DNA of 64,000 bases. Source: Candidatus Sericytochromatia bacterium (GTDB taxonomy: Bacteria; Cyanobacteriota; Sericytochromatia; S15B-MN24; UBA4093). Position 1 is the first letter of the stretch, and each line of letters begins with the position of its first letter. The notes under the pieces were generated by a model. That model was not told the origin of the DNA and ran no database searches. It saw only the letters and a program-made list of their open reading frames with translations. Of this stretch, positions 28,188-37,817 are shown in pieces. The translations under genes were made by a program, and so were the position numbers. The stretch is taken from positions 102,032 through 166,031 of the forward strand of contig JAKFBU010000076.1 in NCBI GenBank assembly GCA_036676985.1, written 5' to 3'.

Positions 28188-29504
28188 TCAGCCCATCATG
28201 AACAGCTTCCGCTCCGCCGCCGCCTTCCGGAGCTCCGCGCGGTGGTCCGGGTGGGCGATCGCGATCAGCGCCTCCGCCCGCTGGCGCAGGTTCTTGCCGC
28301 TCAGGCACGCCGCCCCGTACTCCGTCACCACGTACTCCACGTGCCCGCGGGTCGTCACCACGCCCGCCCCCGGCGTCAGGATCGCCTTGATCCGGCTGAT
28401 CGTCCCGTTCTTCGCCGTCGACGGCAGCGCGATGATGGCCTTGCCCTCCGGGGCCAGCGCGGCCCCGCGCACGAAGTCCATCTGCCCGCCGATCCCCGAG
28501 TAGATCTTCGTGCCGATCGAATCCGCGCACACCTGCCCCGTCAGGTCCACCTCGATGGCGCAGTTGATGGCCGTCATGCGGTATTGCTTGCGGATGAAGG
28601 ACGTGTCGTTCACGTAGTCCGACGGGTGGAACTCCACCAGGGGGTTGTCGTCCACGAAGTCGTACACCTTCCGGGTACCGATGACGAAGCTCGTCACGAT
28701 GGTCCCCTTGTGGTGGGTCTTCAGGCGGTTGGTCACCACCCCCGACTCCACCAGGTCCACCAGGCCGTCCGTGAACATCTCCGTGTGGATGCCCAGGTCG
28801 TGCTTGTTCGTCAACGAGGCCAGCACCGCATCCGGGATGGCCCCGATCCCCATCTGAAGGGTCGCCCCGTCCGGCACCAGGTCGCCGATGTGCCGCCCGA
28901 TGTCCTGGGCCACCTGGTCCGGCGCCTTGTGCGCTTTCTCGATGACGGGCCGGTCCGTCACGATGAAGGCGTCCAGCTCGCTCACGTGCACGAAGCCGCT
29001 GCCGTGCGTGCGCGGCATGCGGTAGTTGATCTCGGCGATGACGACCTTGGCCGAGTCCACGGCCTGCCGGGCCACGTCCACCGAGGTGCCCAGCGAGCAG
29101 AAGCCGTGCTGGTCCGGATAGGAGAGCTGGACCAGCGCCACGTCCACGGGCAATGAGCCGTTGCGGATGTGGTGCGGGATGTCCGACAGGAAGACGGGCA
29201 CGTAGTCCGCCCACCCCTCCGCGACCGCCTGGCGGTTGCCCGCGCCGAGGAAGAGGGCGTTGATCCGCACGTGACCCTGCAGCGCGGGGTCCGCGAGCAC
29301 TTCCGGGCCGTCCTTGTGCAGCTGCATGACCGTCACGTCGCGCAGGTTCTTCGCGTACTCGGCGAAGGCCGCCTCCAAGGGCAGGCTCGTCGCGCAGCCG
29401 CTGTGGAGGAAGACGCGATCGCCGCTCTTGATGTGCTTGACGGCGTCCTCCGGGGGGACGGCATGGCCCAGCCAGTCGGAATGCACGGGAAGCCTCGAGG
29501 TCAT
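28188..29504 (-). CDS. Acetyl-CoA hydrolase / 4-hydroxybutyrate CoA-transferase family protein
   Basis: LQMGIGAIP, HTEMF, GQVCADSIG, GIGGQMDF, VTEYG, IAHPD. Confidence 0.92.
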   Translation of the reverse strand: MTSRLPVHSDWLGHAVPPEDAVKHIKSGDRVFLHSGCATSLPLEAAFAEYAKNLRDVTVMQLHKDGPEVLADPALQGHVRINALFLGAGNRQAVAEGWADYVPVFLSDIPHHIRNGSLPVDVALVQLSYPDQHGFCSLGTSVDVARQAVDSAKVVIAEINYRMPRTHGSGFVHVSELDAFIVTDRPVIEKAHKAPDQVAQDIGRHIGDLVPDGATLQMGIGAIPDAVLASLTNKHDLGIHTEMFTDGLVDLVESGVVTNRLKTHHKGTIVTSFVIGTRKVYDFVDDNPLVEFHPSDYVNDTSFIRKQYRMTAINCAIEVDLTGQVCADSIGTKIYSGIGGQMDFVRGAALAPEGKAIIALPSTAKNGTISRIKAILTPGAGVVTTRGHVEYVVTEYGAACLSGKNLRQRAEALIAIAHPDHRAELRKAAAERKLFMMG

Positions 29505-29792
29505 ACGCGGTCCTTTCGATGGACGGGGCGGTAGCGCGTCGATCCTACAACAACTCACCCCCCCTCCAAGGCTCGCTCCGTGGCCTCTCCCGCCCCGGGG
29601 GTGAGGACTTTCGGCGCTTCATGGGGGTGCAACCCGCTCGTATGCGGCGGCCGAGCACTCGTCATGACGGAATGGCGCTTGAACATTTTTGGCGAAGAAG
29701 TTGAGCGCGGGCCCGTGGGGACTGGAGGGTTGTCGCGATTGACGGAGGCTTTCGACGCCCGGACTCTTAGAGCGGCGAGGGAGCGAGCGTTA

Positions 29793-29858
29793 AGGTGAGG
29801 CGTCGAAGGGTCGCTTGGACGCTTGAAGGGCGGCCCGGACCAGTCGTGCAGTTTCCAC
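29793..29858 (+). promoter_or_regulatory. Possible c-di-GMP-II-like riboswitch in the flp pilin leader
   Basis: GAAG-GGGUCGC[UUGGACGCUUGAAGG]GCGGCCC-GGACCAGUCGUGCA resembles the class II layout (UGGGCACUU loop / AGUAGUGCA); pseudoknot imperfect. Confidence 0.35.
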
Positions 29859-29869
29859 AGGAGGTACCC

Positions 29870-30055
29870 ATGACGCGCTCCATGATCCGGCGTCTGATCC
29901 AGGAAGAAGAAGGCCAGTCCTTGACCGAGTACGGGCTCATCATCGGGTTGATCGCGGTGGCGGCCATCGTGGCCCTGCAGGCCCTCGGCGGCAACATCAA
30001 CACGTTCTTGAACTCGATCGGCACCAAGCTCGGCACCATTTCCCCCGTCAAGTAG
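29870..30055 (+). CDS. flp: Flp family type IVb pilin
   Basis: EEEG|QSLTEYGLIIGLIAV Flp motif; GGAGG RBS. Confidence 0.93.
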   Translation: MTRSMIRRLIQEEEGQSLTEYGLIIGLIAVAAIVALQALGGNINTFLNSIGTKLGTISPVK

Positions 30056-30065
30056 GAGCCGGGCC

Positions 30066-30443
30066 GTGAAGAAGGAAGCCAAGGGGCGACAAAGGGGACA
30101 GACGCTCGTCGAGACGGCCCTCGTCCTGCCGGTGCTGCTCTTGCTCATCGGGGCGATCGCCACCTTCGGCTTCCTCTTCAACGGCATGCTCGCGGTGACC
30201 AACGCCAGCCGGGAGGGCGCCCGGAGCGGAGCGGTGGGCGACAACGCGACCGCCGTCCGCGCGACCGTCACGTCCTATCTGGTGAGCGCCGGCCTCGATC
30301 CCGCCCAGGCCACCGTCGGCGTCCAGACGTCGGGCGGCATGGTCACGGTCCAGGTCACCTATCCCATGCGCCTTCCCTTCAGCATTCCGGGCGTTCCCGA
30401 CCCCGTGCCCCTGGGTGCTCGCTCGGTCATGAGGATCGAATGA
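30066..30443 (+). CDS. tadE: TadE-like pseudopilin
   Basis: RG|QTLVETALVLPVL...NASREGAR. Confidence 0.87.
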   Translation: MKKEAKGRQRGQTLVETALVLPVLLLLIGAIATFGFLFNGMLAVTNASREGARSGAVGDNATAVRATVTSYLVSAGLDPAQATVGVQTSGGMVTVQVTYPMRLPFSIPGVPDPVPLGARSVMRIE

Positions 30444-31249
30444 TGGCAACGGCCACCAAGCGCTTGTTACTGGCCCTCGGCGTGGGGGCCATGCTCACCA
30501 CCACCCTGATGATCCTCCGTCCGGGCACCCAGGCAAAGGCTCCCGAGCCGGAGCTTGCGCCGGTGCTCGTGATGACCAAGCCGGTCGCCGCCTACCAGGT
30601 GCTCGATGAGGCGCATGTGTCCCTGCAGCGCCGGCCCGTGGCCCACGTGCCGCCGGGGGCCCTGAGCTCGCTGTCGGACGCCCTGGGCAAGCGGGCCGGG
30701 ACGGATCTCTACCCCGGCGAGGTGCTGCTCGCCGCCAAGCTTTCCGCCGCCGCCGAGGCCCCGGGCGCCCTCACCATCCCCGAGGGCCTGAGGGCCGTCA
30801 CGGTCTCGGCCAACGAGGTGTCCGGCGTGGGCGGCTTCGTGCGGCCCGGCAGCCGGGTCGATGTGGTCGCGACCTGGGACGTGGCCGGCAAGCCGCAGAC
30901 CCGCCTGCTCCTCCAGGACGTGCTCGTGATCGCCGTCGCCCAGGAATCCAGGGCCCAGGACAAGCCCAAGGTGCCCTCGTCCGTCACGCTCGCGGTGGAT
31001 CCCGCCTCGACCGAGCGCCTGGTGCTCGCGAGCGAGCGGGGCAGCCTGAGGCTCGCCATGCGATCGCCCGGCGAGAAGCGCGTGGTCGCGACCGCGGGCT
31101 CGACCCCCGAGACGCTCGCGGGCAAGCCCGCCGCGGCCCCGAAGCGGGTCCAGGTCGTCCGCAAGGTCGTTCACCCGGCGCCACCCCGCAGGGCTCCCCT
31201 CGGGGATCCCCCCGTGGTGGTGCTGCGCGGAGAGCCCAGCGCCCCCTAG
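30440..31249 (+). CDS. cpaB: Flp pilus assembly protein CpaB/RcpC
   Basis: SAF-like region; GLRAVTV..GVGGFVRPGSRVDV. Confidence 0.9.
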   Translation: MMATATKRLLLALGVGAMLTTTLMILRPGTQAKAPEPELAPVLVMTKPVAAYQVLDEAHVSLQRRPVAHVPPGALSSLSDALGKRAGTDLYPGEVLLAAKLSAAAEAPGALTIPEGLRAVTVSANEVSGVGGFVRPGSRVDVVATWDVAGKPQTRLLLQDVLVIAVAQESRAQDKPKVPSSVTLAVDPASTERLVLASERGSLRLAMRSPGEKRVVATAGSTPETLAGKPAAAPKRVQVVRKVVHPAPPRRAPLGDPPVVVLRGEPSAP

Positions 31250-31294
31250 CCGTCCCGCACCGTCGCCCCCTACGTCGCACGCAAGGAAGTCCAC

Positions 31295-32476
31295 ATGAAG
31301 CGAATGATCTGGGCGAGCGCCTTGTGCCTCTCGCTCTTGGGGCAACCGGCCCTCGCCCAGCCCGTCATCGAGCTGGAGGTCTCCAAGTCCACCTCCTTGA
31401 TGCTGCCGGGCATCACCCAGGTCTCCGTCACGGATCCGGCGATCGCCGACGTCCAGGTCACGCGGGAGCGCGACCTCTTGATCAACGGCAAGCGGCCGGG
31501 GACGACCACGCTCGTCGTCTGGACCCGCAACGGCAGCTACAGCTTCGACCTCCGGGTGGGGCTGGACCTCGCGTCCCTGCGCACGGTCCTCTACCGGGCG
31601 CTCGGCACCAACTCGATCAAGGTCGACTCGCTCAACAACCGCGTGATCCTCTCGGGCACGGTCCCCAAGGCCTCGCAGGTCGAGATGGCGGGCAAGGTGG
31701 CCGAGGCCTACACCAAGAACGTCGTCAACCTTCTCGCCGTCCAGGCCCTGCCCCAGGTGCAGGTGGACGTGCAGGTGGTCGAGCTGCGGCGAGGCCGGGG
31801 GCACGAACTGGGCGTGGACTGGGGCTCGCTCCGGGTCCTCTCCAACGGCGACGCCATCTTTTCGAAGGGCCTCCACACCTTCGCCCAGGGCCCGGTGGGA
31901 ACTCCGTTCACGTTCGGGCAGTTCGATCGGCTCGCAGCCCAGTTGCAGCTGCTCGTCACCGAGGGCCAGGCCAAGATCCTCGCCCGGCCCAAGCTGGTCG
32001 CGGCGAGCGGCGGCAAGGCGAGCTTCCTCGTGGGTGGCCAGATACCCATCCCCGAGGCCCAGCAGCTGGGCCAGGTGACCGTCAGCTGGCGGGACTACGG
32101 CATCAAGCTCAATGTGGAGCCCACCGTCCGCGAGGACGGGCGGGTCGCCCTGCGGGTCCGGCCCGAGGTGAGCGCGCTGGACTTCAACAACGCCATCCGC
32201 CTCAACGGCTTCACCATCCCCTCCATCAGCTCGCGGCAGGCGGAGACCGAGGTGATCCTGCGGCCGGGAGAGGGGCTCGCCATCGGCGGCCTCATGCAGA
32301 CCACCGAGACCCGCTCCGTCGAGAAGTTTCCCCTCCTGGGGGACATCCCCATCCTGGGGGAGCTCTTCAAGTCCCGGCAGTTCCAGACCGAGGAGACGGA
32401 GCTCGCCATCTTCGTGAGCCCGCAGCTGGTGACGCCCAGCGCCACCGACTCCCTGAGCCCCGGCGGTCTGCCATGA
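31295..32476 (+). CDS. cpaC: Tad secretin CpaC/RcpA
   Basis: DPAIADV, ASFLVGGQIPIP, PLLGDIPILGELFKS, IFVSP. Confidence 0.92.
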   Translation: MKRMIWASALCLSLLGQPALAQPVIELEVSKSTSLMLPGITQVSVTDPAIADVQVTRERDLLINGKRPGTTTLVVWTRNGSYSFDLRVGLDLASLRTVLYRALGTNSIKVDSLNNRVILSGTVPKASQVEMAGKVAEAYTKNVVNLLAVQALPQVQVDVQVVELRRGRGHELGVDWGSLRVLSNGDAIFSKGLHTFAQGPVGTPFTFGQFDRLAAQLQLLVTEGQAKILARPKLVAASGGKASFLVGGQIPIPEAQQLGQVTVSWRDYGIKLNVEPTVREDGRVALRVRPEVSALDFNNAIRLNGFTIPSISSRQAETEVILRPGEGLAIGGLMQTTETRSVEKFPLLGDIPILGELFKSRQFQTEETELAIFVSPQLVTPSATDSLSPGGLP

Positions 32477-33366
32477 GGCGCCACGAACGCGGGGCCGCCC
32501 TCCTGACGGTCGCCCTCTCCGCCACGGCCCTCCTGCTCTGCACGGGGCTTGCGGCGGATGCCGGCATGCTCTACATGGAGCGCACCCGGATTCAGACGGC
32601 AGCGGATGCCGCGGCCCTCGCGGGCGCGCTCGCCCTGCCGGACGGCCAGGCGGCCGTACGCGCCCAGGCCCGCCAGCTTGCCGGCGAGAACGGCTACGCC
32701 ATCGCGGACGCCGACGTGACGCTGGAGCCGTCCAACCGGGTGCGGGTCCAGTGGCAGCGCCCCGTGAGCCTGGTCCTTGGGCCCTTGCTCGATCGCATGG
32801 GAATGGATGTGGCCGTCATGGCCCGGGCCGAACTGGTCGGCGGCGGCATGATCTACGGCCTGAGACCCTTCGCCCTGGACAAGGACCGGGACGACTTCCG
32901 GGTCGGCCAGGAGTACGAGGTGAAGGTCGGCTCGGGCGAGGGCGTCCGGGGCAACTTCCAGGTGCTGGCCCTGGAGGGTCGGGGGGCGGGCCCCTACCGC
33001 ACTTGCGTCGTGGAGGGTGCCAGGGGGACGTACCGGCGGGGCGATCCCGTCGAGACCGAGCCCGGCAACATGGTGGGCCCCACCAACCAGGCCATCAGCG
33101 ACCTCGTCCAGCAGGACCCGACCACCTTCGCCGAGGCCCTGCGCCATCCCTCGCGCTGCGCCCGGGTGATCACCGTCGCCCTGGTGGATCCAGGAGGGCG
33201 GGACTGCGGCGGAGGCCGCACGGAACACACCATCAAGGACTTCGCCCAGTTCTACGTGACGGGCACGGGCTCTGACGGCTCGGTCATCGGGAAATTCGTG
33301 CAGTGCCCGGACGACCCGGAGTTACCCGGCACCAGTAGCCGCTACGACGTGCGGCTCATCCAGTAG
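32473..33366 (+). CDS. TadG-like pilus assembly protein
   Basis: MRRHERGAALL.., QTAADAAALAGA; TEPGNMVGP. Confidence 0.8.
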   Translation: MRRHERGAALLTVALSATALLLCTGLAADAGMLYMERTRIQTAADAAALAGALALPDGQAAVRAQARQLAGENGYAIADADVTLEPSNRVRVQWQRPVSLVLGPLLDRMGMDVAVMARAELVGGGMIYGLRPFALDKDRDDFRVGQEYEVKVGSGEGVRGNFQVLALEGRGAGPYRTCVVEGARGTYRRGDPVETEPGNMVGPTNQAISDLVQQDPTTFAEALRHPSRCARVITVALVDPGGRDCGGGRTEHTIKDFAQFYVTGTGSDGSVIGKFVQCPDDPELPGTSSRYDVRLIQ

Positions 33367-33374
33367 GAGGAGCA

Positions 33375-34532
33375 ATGGAGCGATTGAGATTGGCGACCTT
33401 CGAGCTCGAGGCTCCCCCGAGCGTTCCGGCCGAGCGCTTCGTGAGGCTCGGCGCGAAGCCGGAGACCCTCGAGGAGCTGCGCGCCCTGGATCCTGAGGTG
33501 GTGCTCGTGGGCTACCGCGGGGCCGCCGATGCCCTTTGGAAAGCGGAGCGCTGCGCACAGGCCCTACCGGGCGCGGCCCTCCTCCTGGCGGGGCCGGCCC
33601 TGTCGGCGCCGGACGTCATCGCCGTCGTGCGGGCCGGCGCTCGCGACGTGCTCGGCGACGCCGACGCCGCGGCCTGGGAGCAGGCCCTTGAGCGGGCCTG
33701 GAGCCACCAGCAGCGGCTGGTCGCCCCGCGCCCGGACGCTCCGGGGCGGCGGCGCGTGACGGTGGTCCACTCCCCCAAGGGCGGCAGCGGCAAGTCCTTT
33801 CTCGCGGCGAATCTCGCGTGCCTGTTGCAGGGCGTGCGCCCGGTGGCTCTGGTGGACCTCGCCGTGCACTCGGGAGACCTGGACCTGATGCTCGATCTCA
33901 GACCACAGGCGACCTGGGCGGACTTGGTCACCCGGCGCGAGTTCGGGCCTGAAGAGATCGAGGCGGCCCTGTGCACGCACCCGTCCGGACTCAAGCTGCT
34001 CGCGGCCCCCCGGCAACTGGAGCAGGGGGAGCTCGTCACGGCACGGGCCGTCGAGCGGGTGCTCGGTCATCTGGGCGATCGCTACGAGGTGGTGGTGGAC
34101 ACGGACTCGGCGCTTAGCGAGGCGACCCTGCGGGCGCTCGAGCTCGCGGACCGCATCGTCCTGCCCGTGCCCATGACGCTCAGCGCCCTGCGCCAGGTGC
34201 AGCGGGCCCTGGGCCTGTGGCCCCACCTGGGCATCTCCCTCGACAAGGTGGAGCTCGTGGCCTGGGACCAGAAGGGCGAGGTGACGCCGCAGGAGGCCGA
34301 GCGGATCCTCGGCAGGTCCATGAACCGAAGACTGCCCTATCAGCCCCAGGAGGTGGAGGCCGCCATCAACGCGGGCGAGCCCCTCGCCCTCTCGAAGCCA
34401 CGCTCGGCCTACGTGCGGCAGCTGTCCGGCTTTTTGAACCCGCAGGGCGAGGATCGCCGCCCGGAGACGCAGCCGATCGTCGGTTGGCTCACGGCATGGA
34501 GGAGACGCGATGTTTCTCCACAGCAAGCTTAG
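33375..34532 (+). CDS. cpaE: CpaE/TadZ ParA-like ATPase with degenerate receiver domain
   Basis: SPKGGSGKS deviant Walker A; AINAGEP. Confidence 0.85.
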   Translation: MERLRLATFELEAPPSVPAERFVRLGAKPETLEELRALDPEVVLVGYRGAADALWKAERCAQALPGAALLLAGPALSAPDVIAVVRAGARDVLGDADAAAWEQALERAWSHQQRLVAPRPDAPGRRRVTVVHSPKGGSGKSFLAANLACLLQGVRPVALVDLAVHSGDLDLMLDLRPQATWADLVTRREFGPEEIEAALCTHPSGLKLLAAPRQLEQGELVTARAVERVLGHLGDRYEVVVDTDSALSEATLRALELADRIVLPVPMTLSALRQVQRALGLWPHLGISLDKVELVAWDQKGEVTPQEAERILGRSMNRRLPYQPQEVEAAINAGEPLALSKPRSAYVRQLSGFLNPQGEDRRPETQPIVGWLTAWRRRDVSPQQA

Positions 34533-35844
34533 GGACCTGGCGGGCCGCACGGAGCCCGAGACGGGGGGTGGGGAGAAGGCGATCGCCGTCGATGCCCACC
34601 GGGAGCTCAAGGCCCGGGTGCATCGCCAACTGCTCGACGTCATGCGGAAGGTGGGGCTGGACGACTCCTCGGGCCCAGACGAGGTCCGCGAGGTCATCCG
34701 CGGCTGCCTGGAGCAGGTGCTCCAGGAGGGCGCCCTCTTGCTCAACCGCTCGGAGAAAGAGCGCCTCGTCGAGGACATCTACCACGACTCCAGGGGCTAC
34801 GGTCCCCTGGAGCCGCTCCTCAGAGACGAGCGCATCTCGGAGATCATGGTCAACAACGCCCACCAGATCTTCATCGAGAAGGAGGGCAAGATCGAGCTCT
34901 CCGACTGTCGCTTCTACGACGAGCGGCACCTGTTGCGGATCATCGACCGCATGGTGAGCGAGGTGGGGCGGCGCATCGACGAGAGCTCGCCCATGTGCGA
35001 CGCGCGCCTGCCGGACGGCAGCCGCATCAACGCCATCATCCCGCCTTTGGCCATCGACGGGCCGTGCCTGACCATCCGCAAGTTCCGCCGGGACCCGCTC
35101 AGGATGCCTCATCTGGTGGCCTATGGGACGCTCAGCCGGGGCATGGCGGACTTCCTCAGGGGGTGCGTGGAGGCCAAGCTCAACCTGCTGGTCTCGGGGG
35201 GCACGGGCAGCGGCAAGACGACGTTGCTGAATGTCCTCTCGTCGTTCATCCCGCATGGCGAGCGGCTGATCACGATCGAGGACGCGGCGGAGCTGCAGCT
35301 GCAGCAGCCGCACGTCATCCGCCTGGAGACCCGTCCGGTCAATGCGGAGGGGGTGGGCGGGGTGAACCAGCTCGAGCTGTTGAAGAACAGCCTGCGCATG
35401 CGCCCCGACCGCATCCTGCTCGGCGAGGTGCGTGGTCCCGAAGCGCTCGCACTGTTGCAGGCCATGAACACGGGGCACGAGGGCAGCCTCACGACGCTGC
35501 ATGCCAACGGCACGCGGGATGCGCTGTCGCGGCTCGAGACCATGGTCCTCATGACGGGCATGGAGCTGCCCCTGCGGGCGATCCGCGAGCAGCTGGCCTC
35601 GTCCTTGGACCTCATCATCCAGATCGAGCGCTCCACGGACGGGACGCGGCGGGTCACGAGCATCACGGAGGTGGCCGGCATGGAGGGGGACAGCGTCTTG
35701 TTGCAGGACCTGTTCGTCTTCCGACGCGAGGGGGTGCAGTCGGACGGGCGGGTGCTCGGCGAGCACATGCCGACGGGGCTGGTTCCGAAGTGCGCCACCA
35801 AGCTCGCCCTCCGCGGCATCACCCTCCCCCGCGATCTTTTTTAG
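34510..35844 (+). CDS. cpaF: Tad pilus assembly ATPase CpaF/TadA
   Basis: GGTGSGKTT, LRMRPDRILLGEVRG, AMNTGHEGSLTTLHAN. Confidence 0.96.
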   Translation: MFLHSKLRDLAGRTEPETGGGEKAIAVDAHRELKARVHRQLLDVMRKVGLDDSSGPDEVREVIRGCLEQVLQEGALLLNRSEKERLVEDIYHDSRGYGPLEPLLRDERISEIMVNNAHQIFIEKEGKIELSDCRFYDERHLLRIIDRMVSEVGRRIDESSPMCDARLPDGSRINAIIPPLAIDGPCLTIRKFRRDPLRMPHLVAYGTLSRGMADFLRGCVEAKLNLLVSGGTGSGKTTLLNVLSSFIPHGERLITIEDAAELQLQQPHVIRLETRPVNAEGVGGVNQLELLKNSLRMRPDRILLGEVRGPEALALLQAMNTGHEGSLTTLHANGTRDALSRLETMVLMTGMELPLRAIREQLASSLDLIIQIERSTDGTRRVTSITEVAGMEGDSVLLQDLFVFRREGVQSDGRVLGEHMPTGLVPKCATKLALRGITLPRDLF

Positions 35845-35877
35845 AAAGTAATTCCACCCTGGGGTAGCACCCGGAAC

Positions 35878-35910
35878 GCCCCCCCTAGCAGGGGGGGATG
35901 GGGGGGTAGA
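35878..35910. repeat. Dispersed repeat copy between tadA and tadB
   Basis: Matches 28119-28151. Confidence 0.75.
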
Positions 35911-35945
35911 ACGAGTCGCCCTTCCGGCGGAAAGGAGCCGAAAAA

Positions 35946-36875
35946 GTGACCGAGTTCATCGGCCTGACCGCGGGCTTCGCCGCCCTCGCCCTGATCGGCC
36001 TTCACCTGCTCACGCCCTCGGCAGCCGCCCGCCGGGTGCAGGCCCTCGCGGCCGTGAGAGCTTCCCGCCCGCCCCGAGAGCGTCGCCCCACCCTGGGCCC
36101 CTTTTTCCAGGGCGTAATCCAGCGTGCCGCCTTCGGCCGCAAGCTCGAGGGCCTGCTCAGCCGCGCCGAGGTGGCGCTCTCCGAAAGCGAGTTCCTCGGC
36201 CTGACGCTGCTGCTTGCCCTGGGCTTCGGCCTCCTGGCCCAGCTCTTCACCCGGAGCCTGCCCATGGCCATGCTCGGCGCCCTCATGGGCGCCTACGCCC
36301 CGTGGCTCTACCTTTCGGCCAGGTGCCGCCTGCGCCTGCGCGCCTTCAACGAGCAGCTGCCCGACGCCCTCCTGCTCCTCGTCAATGCCCTGCGCTCCGG
36401 CAACGGCATCCGCCAGGCCCTGCAGCTCGTGGCCACCCAGATGCCCGCTCCCGCCTCGACCGAGTTCCAACTGGTGATCCAGGAGACCAACTGGGGCATC
36501 TCCCTGGACCAGGCCCTCGCCAACCTGCACGCCCGCATCGGCAGCACGGACGTGGAACTCCTGGCCACGGCCATCTCCATCCACCACGAGACCGGCGGCA
36601 AGCTCTCCGAGATCCTCTCCAACCTGCACGACACGCTGCGCGATCGCCTCCGCCTCGAAGGCGAGGTCCGCACCCTGACGGCCCAGGGGCGCCTGTCCGG
36701 CTGGATCCTGGGCCTACTGCCGATTGCCCTGGCTATGGTATTCCTCGTCATCAGCCCGACCTACCTGCGCATGCTCCTGGAGGACCCCAGGGGGCAGCTG
36801 ATGGTGGCTTATGCCCTCCTCATGGAGGTCACGGGGGCCTTCTTCATCACCCGGCTGGTCCGGGTGCGCTTCTAG
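35946..36875 (+). CDS. tadB: TadB inner-membrane platform protein
   Basis: QLPDAL..LRSG, ETGGKL, TLTAQGRLS. Confidence 0.9.
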   Translation: MTEFIGLTAGFAALALIGLHLLTPSAAARRVQALAAVRASRPPRERRPTLGPFFQGVIQRAAFGRKLEGLLSRAEVALSESEFLGLTLLLALGFGLLAQLFTRSLPMAMLGALMGAYAPWLYLSARCRLRLRAFNEQLPDALLLLVNALRSGNGIRQALQLVATQMPAPASTEFQLVIQETNWGISLDQALANLHARIGSTDVELLATAISIHHETGGKLSEILSNLHDTLRDRLRLEGEVRTLTAQGRLSGWILGLLPIALAMVFLVISPTYLRMLLEDPRGQLMVAYALLMEVTGAFFITRLVRVRF

Positions 36876-36884
36876 GACGGCCGC

Positions 36885-37805
36885 ATGTTCGGGTTCGTCG
36901 CCTGCTTCCTCATCCTGAGCCTCGCGGTCTTCTGGCTGCTCGAGCGCCTGGAGCGCGGTCGGGTGATGCGCGATCGCCTCGCGCACCTGGCTCCGACCGT
37001 CCGCCTGAGTGCCCGCCGGGAGCAGCTCCGGCGCTCCCTGGTCGAGCGCATGCTGGGGCCTTACATGGCCTTCTGGGCCCGGCTAGGCGAGAGGTTGATG
37101 CCGGCGAGGAGGCGATCGCGCGCGCTGGAGCTCCTGGAGCAGGCGGGCCATGAGGGCCCCGAGGGACTTTCCCGCCTGCTCGCCGTCCGGGCCCTCGGAC
37201 TCTGCGGCGGAGCGGCGGTCTTTCTCCTCGTCACACCCCTGAATGCGACTACTGGCTACGCCCTGGCAGGGGGCCTCGTCCTCATCGGCGCTCTCGGCCC
37301 GGATGCCTACCTCAAGCGGCGGATCCGCCATCGCCAGGGGGCCATGACCCGGAGCCTGCCCGACGTCCTCGACCACCTGACGGCCTGCGTGGAGGCGGGC
37401 CTCGGCTTCGACGCGGCGGTCCAGCGCCTGGCCAGTCGCCCGAGCGAGCACGGCCGGGACCTGAAGCAGGAGCTTTCGCGCTACTTGAGCGACGTGCGCC
37501 TTGGGCAGGACCGGGCGGAGGCGCTGCGGGACCTGGGGCGGCGGTGCGGCACCGACGAGATGAAGGGGGTGGTGGCGGCCCTCTTGCAGGCGGAGCACCT
37601 GGGGGTCGCCATCGGGCCGGTGCTGCGTGCGCATGCGGCGCACCTGCGGACGCGCCGGCGGCAGCGCGCCCAGGAGGCGGCCATGAAAGCACCCGTGAAG
37701 ATGCTTTTCCCGCTCGTCTTCTTCATCTTCCCGGCCATGTTCGTGGTCATCCTGGGCCCGGCCGCCCTGCGGATGATGGACATGTTCGCGACCCTCCAGA
37801 AGTAG
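36885..37805 (+). CDS. tadC: TadC inner-membrane platform protein
   Basis: LPDVLD..VEAGLGFD, KAPVKMLFPLVFFIFP. Confidence 0.9.
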   Translation: MFGFVACFLILSLAVFWLLERLERGRVMRDRLAHLAPTVRLSARREQLRRSLVERMLGPYMAFWARLGERLMPARRRSRALELLEQAGHEGPEGLSRLLAVRALGLCGGAAVFLLVTPLNATTGYALAGGLVLIGALGPDAYLKRRIRHRQGAMTRSLPDVLDHLTACVEAGLGFDAAVQRLASRPSEHGRDLKQELSRYLSDVRLGQDRAEALRDLGRRCGTDEMKGVVAALLQAEHLGVAIGPVLRAHAAHLRTRRRQRAQEAAMKAPVKMLFPLVFFIFPAMFVVILGPAALRMMDMFATLQK

Positions 37806-37817
37806 GCTTCCTGGCCG

